DNA of 64,000 bases from Cytophagales bacterium (lineage in GTDB: Bacteria; Bacteroidota; Bacteroidia; Cytophagales; JAAEPT01), in NCBI GenBank assembly GCA_965267335.1, contig OZ253953.1, positions 1,743,465 through 1,807,464 of the forward strand, read 5' to 3'. Positions 47,937 to 56,794 of this stretch are shown here, piece after piece (position 1 is the first letter of the stretch; each line of letters begins with the position of its first letter). The notes beneath the pieces were generated by a model. The model had not been told where the DNA came from. It was given only the letters and a program-made list of their open reading frames with translations, and did not search any database. Both the position numbers and the translations under genes were made by a program.

Positions 47937-49925
47937 ATGGCTAAAAAAGCAGCGGTAGAATTCGCTACTCCTACCGAAGAGTTCAACTGGGATGATCCAG
48001 ATGGCAAAGGTGGTGCGGTACTCGCATCGAAAGAGCAAGAAGAGCTCGAAGAACTTTACTCACAATCACTTAATCAAATTCAGGAAAAAGAAGTTATCAT
48101 CGGTACTGTCGTTGATATTACTGAAAAAGATGTAATCCTTAACATAGGATTTAAGTCTGACGGTATGGTTTCTCTTTCTGAATTTCGTGATGTCGAAGGA
48201 CTGAAGGTAGGCGATGAAGTAGAGGTTTATATTGAAAATCAGGAAGATGCTAACGGACAGCTTGTTCTTTCCAGAAGAAAAGCAAAAATCGTTAGAGCTT
48301 GGGAGAACATCCAAAAAGCACTTGATGAAGACTTAGTGATCGAAGGTTTTGTGAAGAGAAGAACCAAAGGTGGTCTTATCGTAGATGTATTTGGTGTTGA
48401 ATCATTCCTTCCTGGTTCGCAGATTGATGTTAAGCCAATCCGTGATTTCGATGTATTCGTTGGAAAGAAAATGGAAGTGAAAGTTGTGAAAATCAACTAC
48501 ACGAATGATAACGTTGTTGTATCTCATAAAGTACTTATCGAGAAAGATCTTGAGAAGCAGAAAGCTGAGATACTTAACAACCTTGACAAAGGACAGGTAC
48601 TTGAAGGTGTTATTAAGAACATGACCAACTTCGGTGTATTTATCGATCTTGGTGGTGTTGACGGTCTCCTTCACATTACTGATATTTCATGGGGTCGTAT
48701 CAACCACCCTGAAGAAGTTCTTAACCTTGATGAGAAGGTTAATGTTGTTGTTCTTGACTTCGATGATGACAAGAAACGTATCAGTCTTGGTATGAAGCAA
48801 CTTACTCCTCATCCATGGGATTCGCTTGACAAATCTGTTGACGTTGGGTCTAAGGTTAAGGGTAAAATTGTTAATGTTGCCGATTATGGTGCATTCCTTG
48901 AGCTTCAGCCAGGTGTTGAAGGATTGATTCACGTATCAGAAATGTCATGGTCACAGCACCTAAGAAACCCTCAGGATTTCCTAAGTGTAGGAGATGAGTT
49001 GGAGGCTTCGGTATTGACTATCGACAGAGACGAGAGAAAGATGTCATTAGGTATCAAGCAGCTTACTGAGGACCCTTGGACTAAGCAAGACCTACTTACA
49101 AAGTATGCTGTTGATACAAAGCACAAAGGAGTGGTAAGAAATCTTACAAACTTCGGTTTGTTCATCGAGTTGGAAGAAGGTATTGACGGATTAGTTCACG
49201 TTTCAGATTTGAGCTGGACTAAGAAAATCAAACATCCATCGGAGTTTGTAAAAGTTGGTGATGAACTTGAAGTTCTTGTACTTGAGCTTGACTCTGAAAA
49301 CAGAAGATTAGCACTAGGTCACAAGCAGCTTGAGGAGAATCCATGGGATACTTTCGAAACTGTATTTGAGCCAGGTACTACTCATAAGTGTACTGTACTT
49401 ACTAAGAACGAAAAAGGAGCAACACTTGAGCTTCCTTACGGAATCGAAGGTTTTGCTGGAGTGAAGCATCTTGAAAAAGTAGATGGTTCTCTTGCTGAAG
49501 TAGGTGAGTCACTTGACTTTGTTGTAATTGAATTCTCTAAAGGAGACAAAAGAATCGTGCTTTCTCATGCGAGAACACACAAGGAAACTCCTATTGAAGA
49601 GAAGAAAAAGCCAACTGGTAGCAAGAAGGCAAAGAAAACGCTGGATAGAATCAACAAAGGTGTTGAGAAATCAACTCTAGGTGATTTGGAAGCGCTTTCA
49701 GCATTGAAAGACCAGATGGAAGAGCCAGCGGCAAAAGCTCCGGCCAAGAAAGCAGCTCCTAAAAAAGAGGAAGCTAAAGAAGAGAAAAAGCCCGCTGCAA
49801 AGAAGGCAGCTTCCAAAAAGGAAGAAGAATCAGCTGAGAAGGAAGAGAAGAAGCCAGCGGCAAAAAAAGCAGCCGCTAAGAAGGATGAGCCTAAAGCTGA
49901 GGAAGCAAAAGAAGAGAAAGAGTAA
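47937..49925 (+). CDS. rpsA: 30S ribosomal protein S1 with Lys/Ala/Glu-rich C-terminal extension
   Basis: Six S1 (OB-fold) repeats (G..V.G.V......G.F..L..G..G..H.S) begin at the ATG at 47937. The roughly 100-aa tail carries repeated EEKKPAAKKAA units. Confidence 0.9.
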   Translation: MAKKAAVEFATPTEEFNWDDPDGKGGAVLASKEQEELEELYSQSLNQIQEKEVIIGTVVDITEKDVILNIGFKSDGMVSLSEFRDVEGLKVGDEVEVYIENQEDANGQLVLSRRKAKIVRAWENIQKALDEDLVIEGFVKRRTKGGLIVDVFGVESFLPGSQIDVKPIRDFDVFVGKKMEVKVVKINYTNDNVVVSHKVLIEKDLEKQKAEILNNLDKGQVLEGVIKNMTNFGVFIDLGGVDGLLHITDISWGRINHPEEVLNLDEKVNVVVLDFDDDKKRISLGMKQLTPHPWDSLDKSVDVGSKVKGKIVNVADYGAFLELQPGVEGLIHVSEMSWSQHLRNPQDFLSVGDELEASVLTIDRDERKMSLGIKQLTEDPWTKQDLLTKYAVDTKHKGVVRNLTNFGLFIELEEGIDGLVHVSDLSWTKKIKHPSEFVKVGDELEVLVLELDSENRRLALGHKQLEENPWDTFETVFEPGTTHKCTVLTKNEKGATLELPYGIEGFAGVKHLEKVDGSLAEVGESLDFVVIEFSKGDKRIVLSHARTHKETPIEEKKKPTGSKKAKKTLDRINKGVEKSTLGDLEALSALKDQMEEPAAKAPAKKAAPKKEEAKEEKKPAAKKAASKKEEESAEKEEKKPAAKKAAAKKDEPKAEEAKEEKE

Positions 49926-49944
49926 AATCACTCTATTTCATATA

Positions 49945-49975
49945 AGCCCTGAAGAGAAATCTTCGGGGCTTTTTT
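49945..49975 (+). terminator. intrinsic terminator after rpsA
   Basis: GCCCTGAAG-(6 nt)-CTTCGGGGC followed by TTTTTT. Confidence 0.8.
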
Positions 49976-49985
49976 ATGAACTATC

Positions 49986-50016
49986 TTTGTTCAAATTGCA
50001 TTTATAGTTATGTTTG
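49986..50016 (+). promoter_or_regulatory. candidate promoter for tRNA-Cys (TTTG-N19-TATGTTTG)
   Basis: TTTG at 49986-49989 and TATGTTTG at 50009-50016. The predicted transcription start falls a few nt before the tRNA 5' end. Confidence 0.5.
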
Positions 50017-50028
50017 CATCCTGAAAAT

Positions 50029-50099
50029 GGCGTTGTGGCCGAGTGGCTAGGCAGAGGTCTGCAAAACCTTGTACAGCGGTTCGAATCCGCTCAACGCCT
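50029..50099 (+). tRNA. tRNA-Cys (anticodon GCA)
   Basis: Hand-folded cloverleaf: acceptor GGCGTTG/CAACGCC, anticodon arm GAGGT-CTGCAAA-ACCTT, T arm AGCGG-TTCGAAT-CCGCT. CCA is not encoded. Confidence 0.85.
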
Positions 50100-50103
50100 C
50101 ACT

Positions 50104-50139
50104 AACCCTGGAGATGATTCTTCAGGGTTTTTTGTTTTT
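50104..50139 (+). terminator. intrinsic terminator after tRNA-Cys
   Basis: AACCCTGGAGA-TGAT-TCTTCAGGGTT followed by TTTTTGTTTTT. Confidence 0.8.
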
Positions 50140-50255
50140 GAGGTTTTGCAAACCTTGTACAGCGGTTCCCTGTCCGGCTGCGCCTTGGCCAGACGGGGAA
50201 TCTCGCTCAACGCCTCACTAACCCTGGAGATGATTCTTCAGGGTTTTTTGTTTTC
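50140..50255 (+). pseudogene. tandem degenerate copy of the tRNA-Cys 3' two-thirds plus terminator, with a 31-nt insertion in the T-loop
   Basis: 50140-50168 matches 50054-50082, with changes in the anticodon loop. 50204-50254 is identical to 50088-50138 (51 nt). In the second copy a GC-rich hairpin (CCCTGTCCGGC-TGCGCCTTG-GCCAGACGGGG) splits TTC|GAATC. The copy has no 5' acceptor strand or D arm. Confidence 0.8.
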
Positions 50256-50298
50256 CTCTGTTATAAATACTTTTCAATGGAATTTATATTTTAGCACA

Positions 50299-51057
50299 AT
50301 GCAACAGGCACTGGCATTCATACTACTTTTTATATCAAGCATCGGTATGGCTCAGGATTTTGCGGCTAATACCGATATACAGGTTTCTGAAGGTAAGTTT
50401 TGGGATGGGCAAACCAATGCCAGTAAGCAGCGACCCCCAATTGAATACCGCCTTTATGCTCTAGGTGGAGCGGCTCACAACCTTCCTGCGTATTTGAAAT
50501 TTCATCAAACAGGAATGTCGGACCTCGAAATTCGACCTGCTATATTTCGTTCTGAGAGTTTTGTTTTACCTCCGTACTGGGATTTTAGACTTGAAGGTAC
50601 AAGGGATGGCTATGGTTTCGGTCTTCGCATGACTCATCACAAGTTAATATTAGATAACGCACCTTCTGCGGTATCAGGTTTTCAAATCAGTCATGGCTTC
50701 AATATGATCAATGCGTATAATAAAATACCGTTTGGTAAATATGATTTATTGATAGGTGCCGGTATTACGTTAGGCCACCCTGAAGGAACAGTAAGGGCTT
50801 ATAGTATACCTGAGAATGGAGGCGTTTGGTTTGATAAGGGTTATTTCATCGGTGGTCCCAATATCGAGGTGAGTGGCGTTCGTAATTTTAAAATTTCTGA
50901 TTCCTTTCAACTTCATCTGGAAGCCAGATTTACACAGTCATGGGGTAAATTTCCTATGGGGGGTGATAACTATGTTAGAGTTAGAAATTTTGCCTTTCAA
51001 GGCTTATTAGGAATGAGTTATAAGTTAAATAACTTATTCTTCTGGCAGAATTCTTAA
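50299..51057 (+). CDS. secreted protein, probable small outer-membrane beta-barrel (hypothetical)
   Basis: The ATG at 50299 gives a signal peptide (LLFISSIGMAQ). The sequence is beta-strand rich with Gly/aromatic alternation. The upstream part of ORF 50014..51057 is read-through of the tRNA region. Confidence 0.6.
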   Translation: MQQALAFILLFISSIGMAQDFAANTDIQVSEGKFWDGQTNASKQRPPIEYRLYALGGAAHNLPAYLKFHQTGMSDLEIRPAIFRSESFVLPPYWDFRLEGTRDGYGFGLRMTHHKLILDNAPSAVSGFQISHGFNMINAYNKIPFGKYDLLIGAGITLGHPEGTVRAYSIPENGGVWFDKGYFIGGPNIEVSGVRNFKISDSFQLHLEARFTQSWGKFPMGGDNYVRVRNFAFQGLLGMSYKLNNLFFWQNS

Positions 51058-51224
51058 ACCTGAATTATGTAATGAGATTTGTAGCGAGAGTTTAAATGGC
51101 AATAAATCAGCAACTTACCTGAAAGAAGCATAGCATCGCTATGGTGAAAGAAGATAAGTTGTATATTTTACTGATTTGCAGCCATTTAAGCTCGCAGCAG
51201 GATGTCAATTGCATATTTCAGGTT
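51057..51224. repeat. 168-bp imperfect palindrome filling a convergent intergenic region
   Basis: The termini are AACCTGAATTATG... and ...CATATTTCAGGTT. The inner arms are GCGAGAGTTTAAATGGCAATAAATCAG (51084-51110) and CTGATTTGCAGCCATTTAAGCTCGC (51171-51195). The central hairpin is CATAGC-ATC-GCTATG. Confidence 0.75.
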
Positions 51225-51747
51225 AAAACCCCCGCCTGTTATACAGGATCAGTTTGTCTATCGCTATGAATTTTTCACTGTCTTTTTCTTTTACCGTTAG
51301 CCGGACTAAATATTCTTTGTTCTCGTCAATTTTTAGAAACTCTATGCAACCCTCTAAGTCTTTTGCCTCATAGGAGTCGTAACCCGGGTCGAAGACTAAT
51401 TCAAGCCGGTTTCTCAAACCTTTTGAGCTAATCGAATACTTCCGGTTGATTTCCAATTCATCTGGCTTGAGAATTTGAGTATAAAATGTAATTCGTTCTC
51501 CTCCATCTTTTACTCCTTCAGGTTGATGGTCGTGTAATGTTACTTCAAGTATAGTCGTATTACCATCAACCAATTGTACAAAATGGGACTGAGTGAATTT
51601 TTGGTTGATTTCCACCTTTCCTATTAACGTGTCAGGTTTGGTTACTTTACCTTCTGTGGTTTCTGATTTTGATTGGTTCGTGCTCTGTGAACAGGAATAA
51701 AAAGATATTATGAACGGAAGGGTAATAATGAGTAGAATCTTTTTCAT
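51223..51747 (-). CDS. lipoprotein (hypothetical)
   Basis: 174 aa with lipobox SFYSCSQ. Confidence 0.55.
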   Translation of the reverse strand: MKKILLIITLPFIISFYSCSQSTNQSKSETTEGKVTKPDTLIGKVEINQKFTQSHFVQLVDGNTTILEVTLHDHQPEGVKDGGERITFYTQILKPDELEINRKYSISSKGLRNRLELVFDPGYDSYEAKDLEGCIEFLKIDENKEYLVRLTVKEKDSEKFIAIDKLILYNRRGF

Positions 51748-51800
51748 GGCTATGATGTATACGAACTAAATAATTTCAGGTTATCAAGTAGGGTATTAGC

Positions 51801-52505
51801 ATGTCAACTTGTATTAGATGCATGAAACGCATTATATTTTTAGGGTTGATTATGGTCTCTCTACCAGGTTTTGCTCAAGAGTCCGTAGTAGTCCGAGACC
51901 TCGAGACATGGTCGGCAATTGGGGTGAAAAAGAAGCTTAATGATGATTGGGAATTTGCAGCTTCACAGCAGTTTAGGTTCAGGGAAAACTCCAGTTCACT
52001 CAATAACACTTTCACCGAACTCAATCTCGACTATTCTCCAATAAAAAGATTATCAATAGGTTTGGGCTATCGATATATTCTTGACCGGGACCCGGATGAC
52101 TTCGATATCACTCACCTCAGACGCTGGAATCTTGATTTTGGCTATTCCTATAAACTTAATCGAATCAGAGTGAAGTCAAGACTTAGATTCCAAAACAAAC
52201 TGGAAACCTCGAAGTACAGGGATGAAAATGACTTTGCAGTCAATACGATAAGACTAAAACTTGGGATAGACTATAACATCAAAGGCTCAAAACTCAAGCC
52301 ATATTTCGATACAGAAATTTTTAAGCAGCATCAGAAACTGGAAGACAATCGCCTTAGTAAATTCAGAGTAACGGCAGGAACAAGTCTAAAAATGAAGGGG
52401 TTAGGTAGATTAAAGTGCTTTTACCGGTTTGAAAAGGAATTGGGAATAACTTACCCCCAAAGTGTATATATCATTGGTGTAAACTATTTTTTTAAGCTGA
52501 AGTAA
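51801..52505 (+). CDS. outer-membrane beta-barrel-like protein, possibly DUF2490 family
   Basis: Signal peptide (the ATG at 51822 is more likely to be the true start). The sequence has alternating beta-strand periodicity and ends YFFKLK. It lies 1 nt upstream of the CotH gene. Confidence 0.45.
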   Translation: MSTCIRCMKRIIFLGLIMVSLPGFAQESVVVRDLETWSAIGVKKKLNDDWEFAASQQFRFRENSSSLNNTFTELNLDYSPIKRLSIGLGYRYILDRDPDDFDITHLRRWNLDFGYSYKLNRIRVKSRLRFQNKLETSKYRDENDFAVNTIRLKLGIDYNIKGSKLKPYFDTEIFKQHQKLEDNRLSKFRVTAGTSLKMKGLGRLKCFYRFEKELGITYPQSVYIIGVNYFFKLK

Positions 52506-52506
52506 A

Positions 52507-53850
52507 ATGAAAAAGTTAATCTATGTAATACTGTTGGTAAACCTGACAGCCTGCTATAAAGAGGAGGTGATTGTCCCGGGAACCGGTCTGGAAGATTGGT
52601 CTGACGCTACACACAGCAGTGAGGCGATACCCGATTATGATGAGGTATTTCCACAAGATCAGGTCAATAGGATTGATATAACGATAGATGAAAGTTACTG
52701 GGAGATAATGCAGGATGACCTGGAGGACTTGTATGGAGGCTCATCTGGCCCCGGCCCCGTGGCATTTAGTGATGAAACCCCAGTAATGGTGCCATGTACA
52801 TTTACTTATAATGATAAGGATTGGTATCATGTGGGCATTCGTTATAAAGGCAATTCATCTTTAGCCACTCCATATAATAACGGAATTGGTAAGCTTCCAT
52901 TTCGATTGGACTTTAACGAATTTGACAATGAATACCCGGAAATATGGGGACAGACATTTTACGGATTCGAGGAAATGTCACTATCAAGTAATTATGATGA
53001 TGAGTCCTTATTAAGGGAAAAAATAGGAGCCGATGTTTTTCGGGATGCCGGTATAAATGCGCCTCAAACCGCCTTTTACCGAGTGTATGTCGACCATGGT
53101 GATGGTCCGGTCTACTTTGGACTGTATACCAATGTCGAAGTCGTATTTGACAATATGTTATTGGATCAATTTGGTTCTGAATCAGGGAACTGCTACAAGC
53201 CAGATGGTGATGCGGCATCCTTTGCTGATGGTACTTTTACTACTGCTGATTTTGAAAAGAAAACCAATGAGGCATCCGATTGGTCTGACGTTGAAGCGTT
53301 GTATAATATAATTAATGATGATTCAAGAACCACGAACCCTACTCAGTGGAGATCGGACTTAGAAGATGTTTTTGATGTAGACTATTTTTTGAAATACCTG
53401 GCTGTGAATACAGTGATTCAGAACTGGGACACCTACGGCAATATGACGCATAATTACTATCTCTACAACGATCCTGCTGATAATACATTAAAGTGGATTC
53501 CGTGGGACAACAATGAGGCATTCCAGGATGGTAAGATGACAAATATGGCTATTGACTTAAGTAATGTCGGCAGCGACTGGCCTTTGATTAACTACATCAT
53601 GAGTCAGTCGGAGTACGAAACGATATACCAGGGACACCTGCAGAATGTAATTGATGGAGCCTTTGAGCCTTCAGCAATGCAAGCTAAGTACGACTATTAT
53701 CATGACCTGATCGAACCATATGTAACGGGTAGCGAAGGAGAAATTTCTGGATATACTTTTACCAGTTCATCAGGTTTTACAAACGGATTAAGTGAATTGA
53801 AAATACATGTTAGTGATCGATATACAGTTGCTGACAGTTATTTGCCGTAA
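52507..53850 (+). CDS. CotH family protein (atypical kinase fold), lipoprotein
   Basis: Lipobox LTACY and the characteristic HNYYLYND....KWIPWDNNEAF segment of the CotH family. Confidence 0.75.
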   Translation: MKKLIYVILLVNLTACYKEEVIVPGTGLEDWSDATHSSEAIPDYDEVFPQDQVNRIDITIDESYWEIMQDDLEDLYGGSSGPGPVAFSDETPVMVPCTFTYNDKDWYHVGIRYKGNSSLATPYNNGIGKLPFRLDFNEFDNEYPEIWGQTFYGFEEMSLSSNYDDESLLREKIGADVFRDAGINAPQTAFYRVYVDHGDGPVYFGLYTNVEVVFDNMLLDQFGSESGNCYKPDGDAASFADGTFTTADFEKKTNEASDWSDVEALYNIINDDSRTTNPTQWRSDLEDVFDVDYFLKYLAVNTVIQNWDTYGNMTHNYYLYNDPADNTLKWIPWDNNEAFQDGKMTNMAIDLSNVGSDWPLINYIMSQSEYETIYQGHLQNVIDGAFEPSAMQAKYDYYHDLIEPYVTGSEGEISGYTFTSSSGFTNGLSELKIHVSDRYTVADSYLP

Positions 53851-53956
53851 GCGAGACATATTGATTCCCTCCTAATTGGTATAAGGTTAATCATATAAAT
53901 CAGTATTGTAAGCGCAGGGTAAAGGAAAAGCGCGATAACTTATGTTGTCGTGCTTT

Positions 53957-55360
53957 TTAATAATAATCAAGCTCCAATGGAATACTCTCAAGGTTGTGAA
54001 AAAAAGTAAAGCTTAATTTTTTTCCAGATGATGAGAATTGTAATTCTTTTTCAAACACGCGTGACCCTTTCGGGGAATAGGCCTTGAACATAAATGTGGA
54101 ATCAGACTCTGTAATAGGAATTCTGCAATAGTAAATTGAGTAAGGTAGGGTCTGCCAGTTTCTGGTGTCACTTTTTTCTATTACGGATGTAAGTACTGAA
54201 AGCAAGGCACCCAAATTTTCATTTTTTTGTCGGACCTTGTACTCTGCAAGCTGTTTAAGTGCCAGTCGCATCAAAGTATTGGAGAATTCTCTAAGCATCC
54301 TGTCTTCTAAAGTAAGGAATGCAATGCTGTTGATGTCTTCCGCAAGTTCAAACGAGAAATTTTTTCCATTTTTAATCACCTCTGCTGATCGATAATAGGG
54401 TTTTCGCTCCAAGTATTTGGGAAAAGCTGCTCGCACAAATTTCATGTCCCCAAAACCTCCTGAGTTTTGGGTTGCTGCGGGAACCGGAAAAGGGAACGAA
54501 ATACCCAATTCTTCATTGACGAAAGTTACGAAGCCTGTTTGTCCCTTAACAATGAAAAAATTAATACTAAATTCACTTTTGACTGGTCCAAGGCCGTTAT
54601 GCCAAAAAACGATAAGTTCTTTTTGGTCAGTTTGCTGATGCTTAATTCCAAATTCTTTTTCATAGGATGCGCCATCCTCAAGAAATCCAGCTTGGTAGGC
54701 TGAACGAATAAGATCTTTTTTCAATTGTAAGGGGACTTGAACGTTAAAGTGTGAGTACACATCTTTGTATGTGTTATAAGAATTTTTGTAAGCTATGTAT
54801 GCATTATTATAATCCTTATCTGCTTCGTAGATCATTCCCATCAGGTTTAGGGCAAATGCATCTTTCTTATATCTGTTTTTCCTTTTTTCATACTTATCAT
54901 TCAGTTGATTTACCTTGATGTCTAATCTCCTGCACTCAACCAAGGCTTCGTCCAATCTATTCATCTGTAGATAATTTATTGCTTTGTAGTAGTGAATCAG
55001 TACTACTTCATGGTCTTCTCCAGTATACGGAAGAGATGATGGGGAACTCAGATTAGAGGAAACGATAGCAGCCGTGGTTTTTTTATGGTCATCTATAAAG
55101 ATATAGGCCTTTTCAAGGTTTTCGTTGCTTTCTTCAAACTTGCCGAGTAATTGTTTTACTACAGCACCTTGTAAGTAGATTAATAGACGGTCCTTTTGTT
55201 TGTCTACTCGTTTGTATTTATCATTTATTTTCTCCGCTTCTTCCAGTCTTCCTTGAACGAATTGTTTATGAAACTCACCTTGCCTTTGGTAATATGTTGA
55301 ACAGGAAGTGACAAAGACCAGGAATAAAAGAATGTACAGTTTCGTTAGAAGCTGATTCAT
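53957..55360 (-). CDS. lipoprotein with TPR-like repeats (COG3014-like, hypothetical)
   Basis: Lipobox VTSCST. The helical repeat N-terminal half is followed by a beta-rich C-terminal half. The gene is adjacent to and co-oriented with an LpoB-like gene. Confidence 0.5.
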   Translation of the reverse strand: MNQLLTKLYILLFLVFVTSCSTYYQRQGEFHKQFVQGRLEEAEKINDKYKRVDKQKDRLLIYLQGAVVKQLLGKFEESNENLEKAYIFIDDHKKTTAAIVSSNLSSPSSLPYTGEDHEVVLIHYYKAINYLQMNRLDEALVECRRLDIKVNQLNDKYEKRKNRYKKDAFALNLMGMIYEADKDYNNAYIAYKNSYNTYKDVYSHFNVQVPLQLKKDLIRSAYQAGFLEDGASYEKEFGIKHQQTDQKELIVFWHNGLGPVKSEFSINFFIVKGQTGFVTFVNEELGISFPFPVPAATQNSGGFGDMKFVRAAFPKYLERKPYYRSAEVIKNGKNFSFELAEDINSIAFLTLEDRMLREFSNTLMRLALKQLAEYKVRQKNENLGALLSVLTSVIEKSDTRNWQTLPYSIYYCRIPITESDSTFMFKAYSPKGSRVFEKELQFSSSGKKLSFTFFHNLESIPLELDYY

Positions 55361-55374
55361 TTAATGAAATTATA

Positions 55375-55956
55375 TTATCGGACTACTTTTTTTATCTTTT
55401 TGCTGCCAATCCATACTTTCTCATTTGTTTCGAGATCGGTAAGGGTTAAGTCAACCTGATAGTAAACCACTTTTTCTCGGGAGTTGGAATCTGTAATAGA
55501 GTTGATTGTTCCCTGCAGTATGAAATCTGCGCCCTTTTCCAATCCCCATTGTTTTGCTGTAGAATTTGAGGAGAATTCCTGTTGGTCGGCACGTTCCATT
55601 CTTAGTTCCTCCCGTGCTTCACCACCTTGAACCAGCTTAACTTTTCCTGAGTTGATAAATTGTCTTTCTATATCGTTGATGAAAGACTCGGTATTAATAT
55701 GCTCGCTGGACTTGTTCTTTACTAGTCCCACTATCACGGTTGGTTTTTTGCTATTCTCTTCAATAAAATTGGTTATCCAAACATGAGACAACCCGTCTTT
55801 CACCATCTCATCAGAAACTAATTTAGAATCTGTGTCGTTCCATCTTCCACTAAGATCAATTTGTTTATTTTCATCCACTCTGGATACGTTTTTGGATGTA
55901 GTGCAGGCTGTGAAAATTGTCGAACCAACTACAAGGATTTTGATTAATTTTTTCAT
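55375..55956 (-). CDS. LpoB-like (COG3417) lipoprotein
   Basis: 193 aa with lipobox FTACTT. The pattern PTVIVGLVKNKS...INSGKVKLV...GADFILQGTI...Y.....L.DLETNEKVW matches penicillin-binding protein activator LpoB family lipoproteins. Confidence 0.65.
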   Translation of the reverse strand: MKKLIKILVVGSTIFTACTTSKNVSRVDENKQIDLSGRWNDTDSKLVSDEMVKDGLSHVWITNFIEENSKKPTVIVGLVKNKSSEHINTESFINDIERQFINSGKVKLVQGGEAREELRMERADQQEFSSNSTAKQWGLEKGADFILQGTINSITDSNSREKVVYYQVDLTLTDLETNEKVWIGSKKIKKVVR

Positions 55957-56020
55957 TTTAGGCGATTAGTTTTTTATCTAGACGTTTGTGGTTTATTATG
56001 TCACTATAAAATATAAAGTT

Positions 56021-56512
56021 CTACTTGGAAGCATTCATTTTGGCATGTTCAACCTTGCTTATAAAGTGTTCTCGTTCCTCAAATCCCATCCAGCGTAATT
56101 GGAAATTAATGGTCATTCCAGAAGCATAAAAGGAAAATATTTTCCTAATAGACAGGAAGAACCTAACGACATAGCTAAATGCCAAAATGACAGAAAAATA
56201 GAAAATAATTTGTGCCGGAGTGGACCCTAAATGTAAATTCCCAAAGAAGTACTTAACAATCTCCGCATTACAGAAAAAATTGTTAAAGAGATAAACAGAT
56301 CCGTTTATTAGAATGAAATAGAGAATGGCTTTTCGTAAAAATTTTAGTTGAAATGACGTCTTTAATTCACATGAAGTAAGTTCACTCAACATTATACTTT
56401 TGATGGTACTACCGAAAAAGTTTTTGTTTATTTCTCTGAGGCGATAGGAGGTAAGAAGAAAATTTTTATTCTTTGACTCCCAAAGAATTTCTTCATCGTG
56501 AAATTTTATCAT
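56021..56512 (-). CDS. membrane protein (hypothetical)
   Basis: 163 aa with an N-terminal soluble segment and then 2 TM helices. Confidence 0.45.
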   Translation of the reverse strand: MIKFHDEEILWESKNKNFLLTSYRLREINKNFFGSTIKSIMLSELTSCELKTSFQLKFLRKAILYFILINGSVYLFNNFFCNAEIVKYFFGNLHLGSTPAQIIFYFSVILAFSYVVRFFLSIRKIFSFYASGMTINFQLRWMGFEEREHFISKVEHAKMNASK

Positions 56513-56794
56513 CAGCTTACGTTATTGGTGTTCATGGAATGATAACAAATATAAATGGTGGTTGGAATAATTACTGGAAAGATATCAGAATTTTCATTGG
56601 AGCCTTTTAGGTTATTACTTTTTGAACCACTTTTGGTTTGTTCAAGAAGGTGAAAAATAAACTATAGAAGACAAAGAAAAAGCGGGAACAAGTATTTTGG
56701 TGAGAGTGGTAGAGTGGTCGTACTTTTTATTTAGCTAAGGTCCTTATAATAGCCATCTTTCAAATGGAACCATGAGGTACTCAACCCAAGTAAA

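Noticed and set aside
50014-50298. The N-terminal 95 codons of ORF 50014..51057
   Set aside because: This stretch is translated straight through tRNA-Cys, two terminators and the tRNA fragment. The real CDS has a signal peptide starting at the ATG at 50299.
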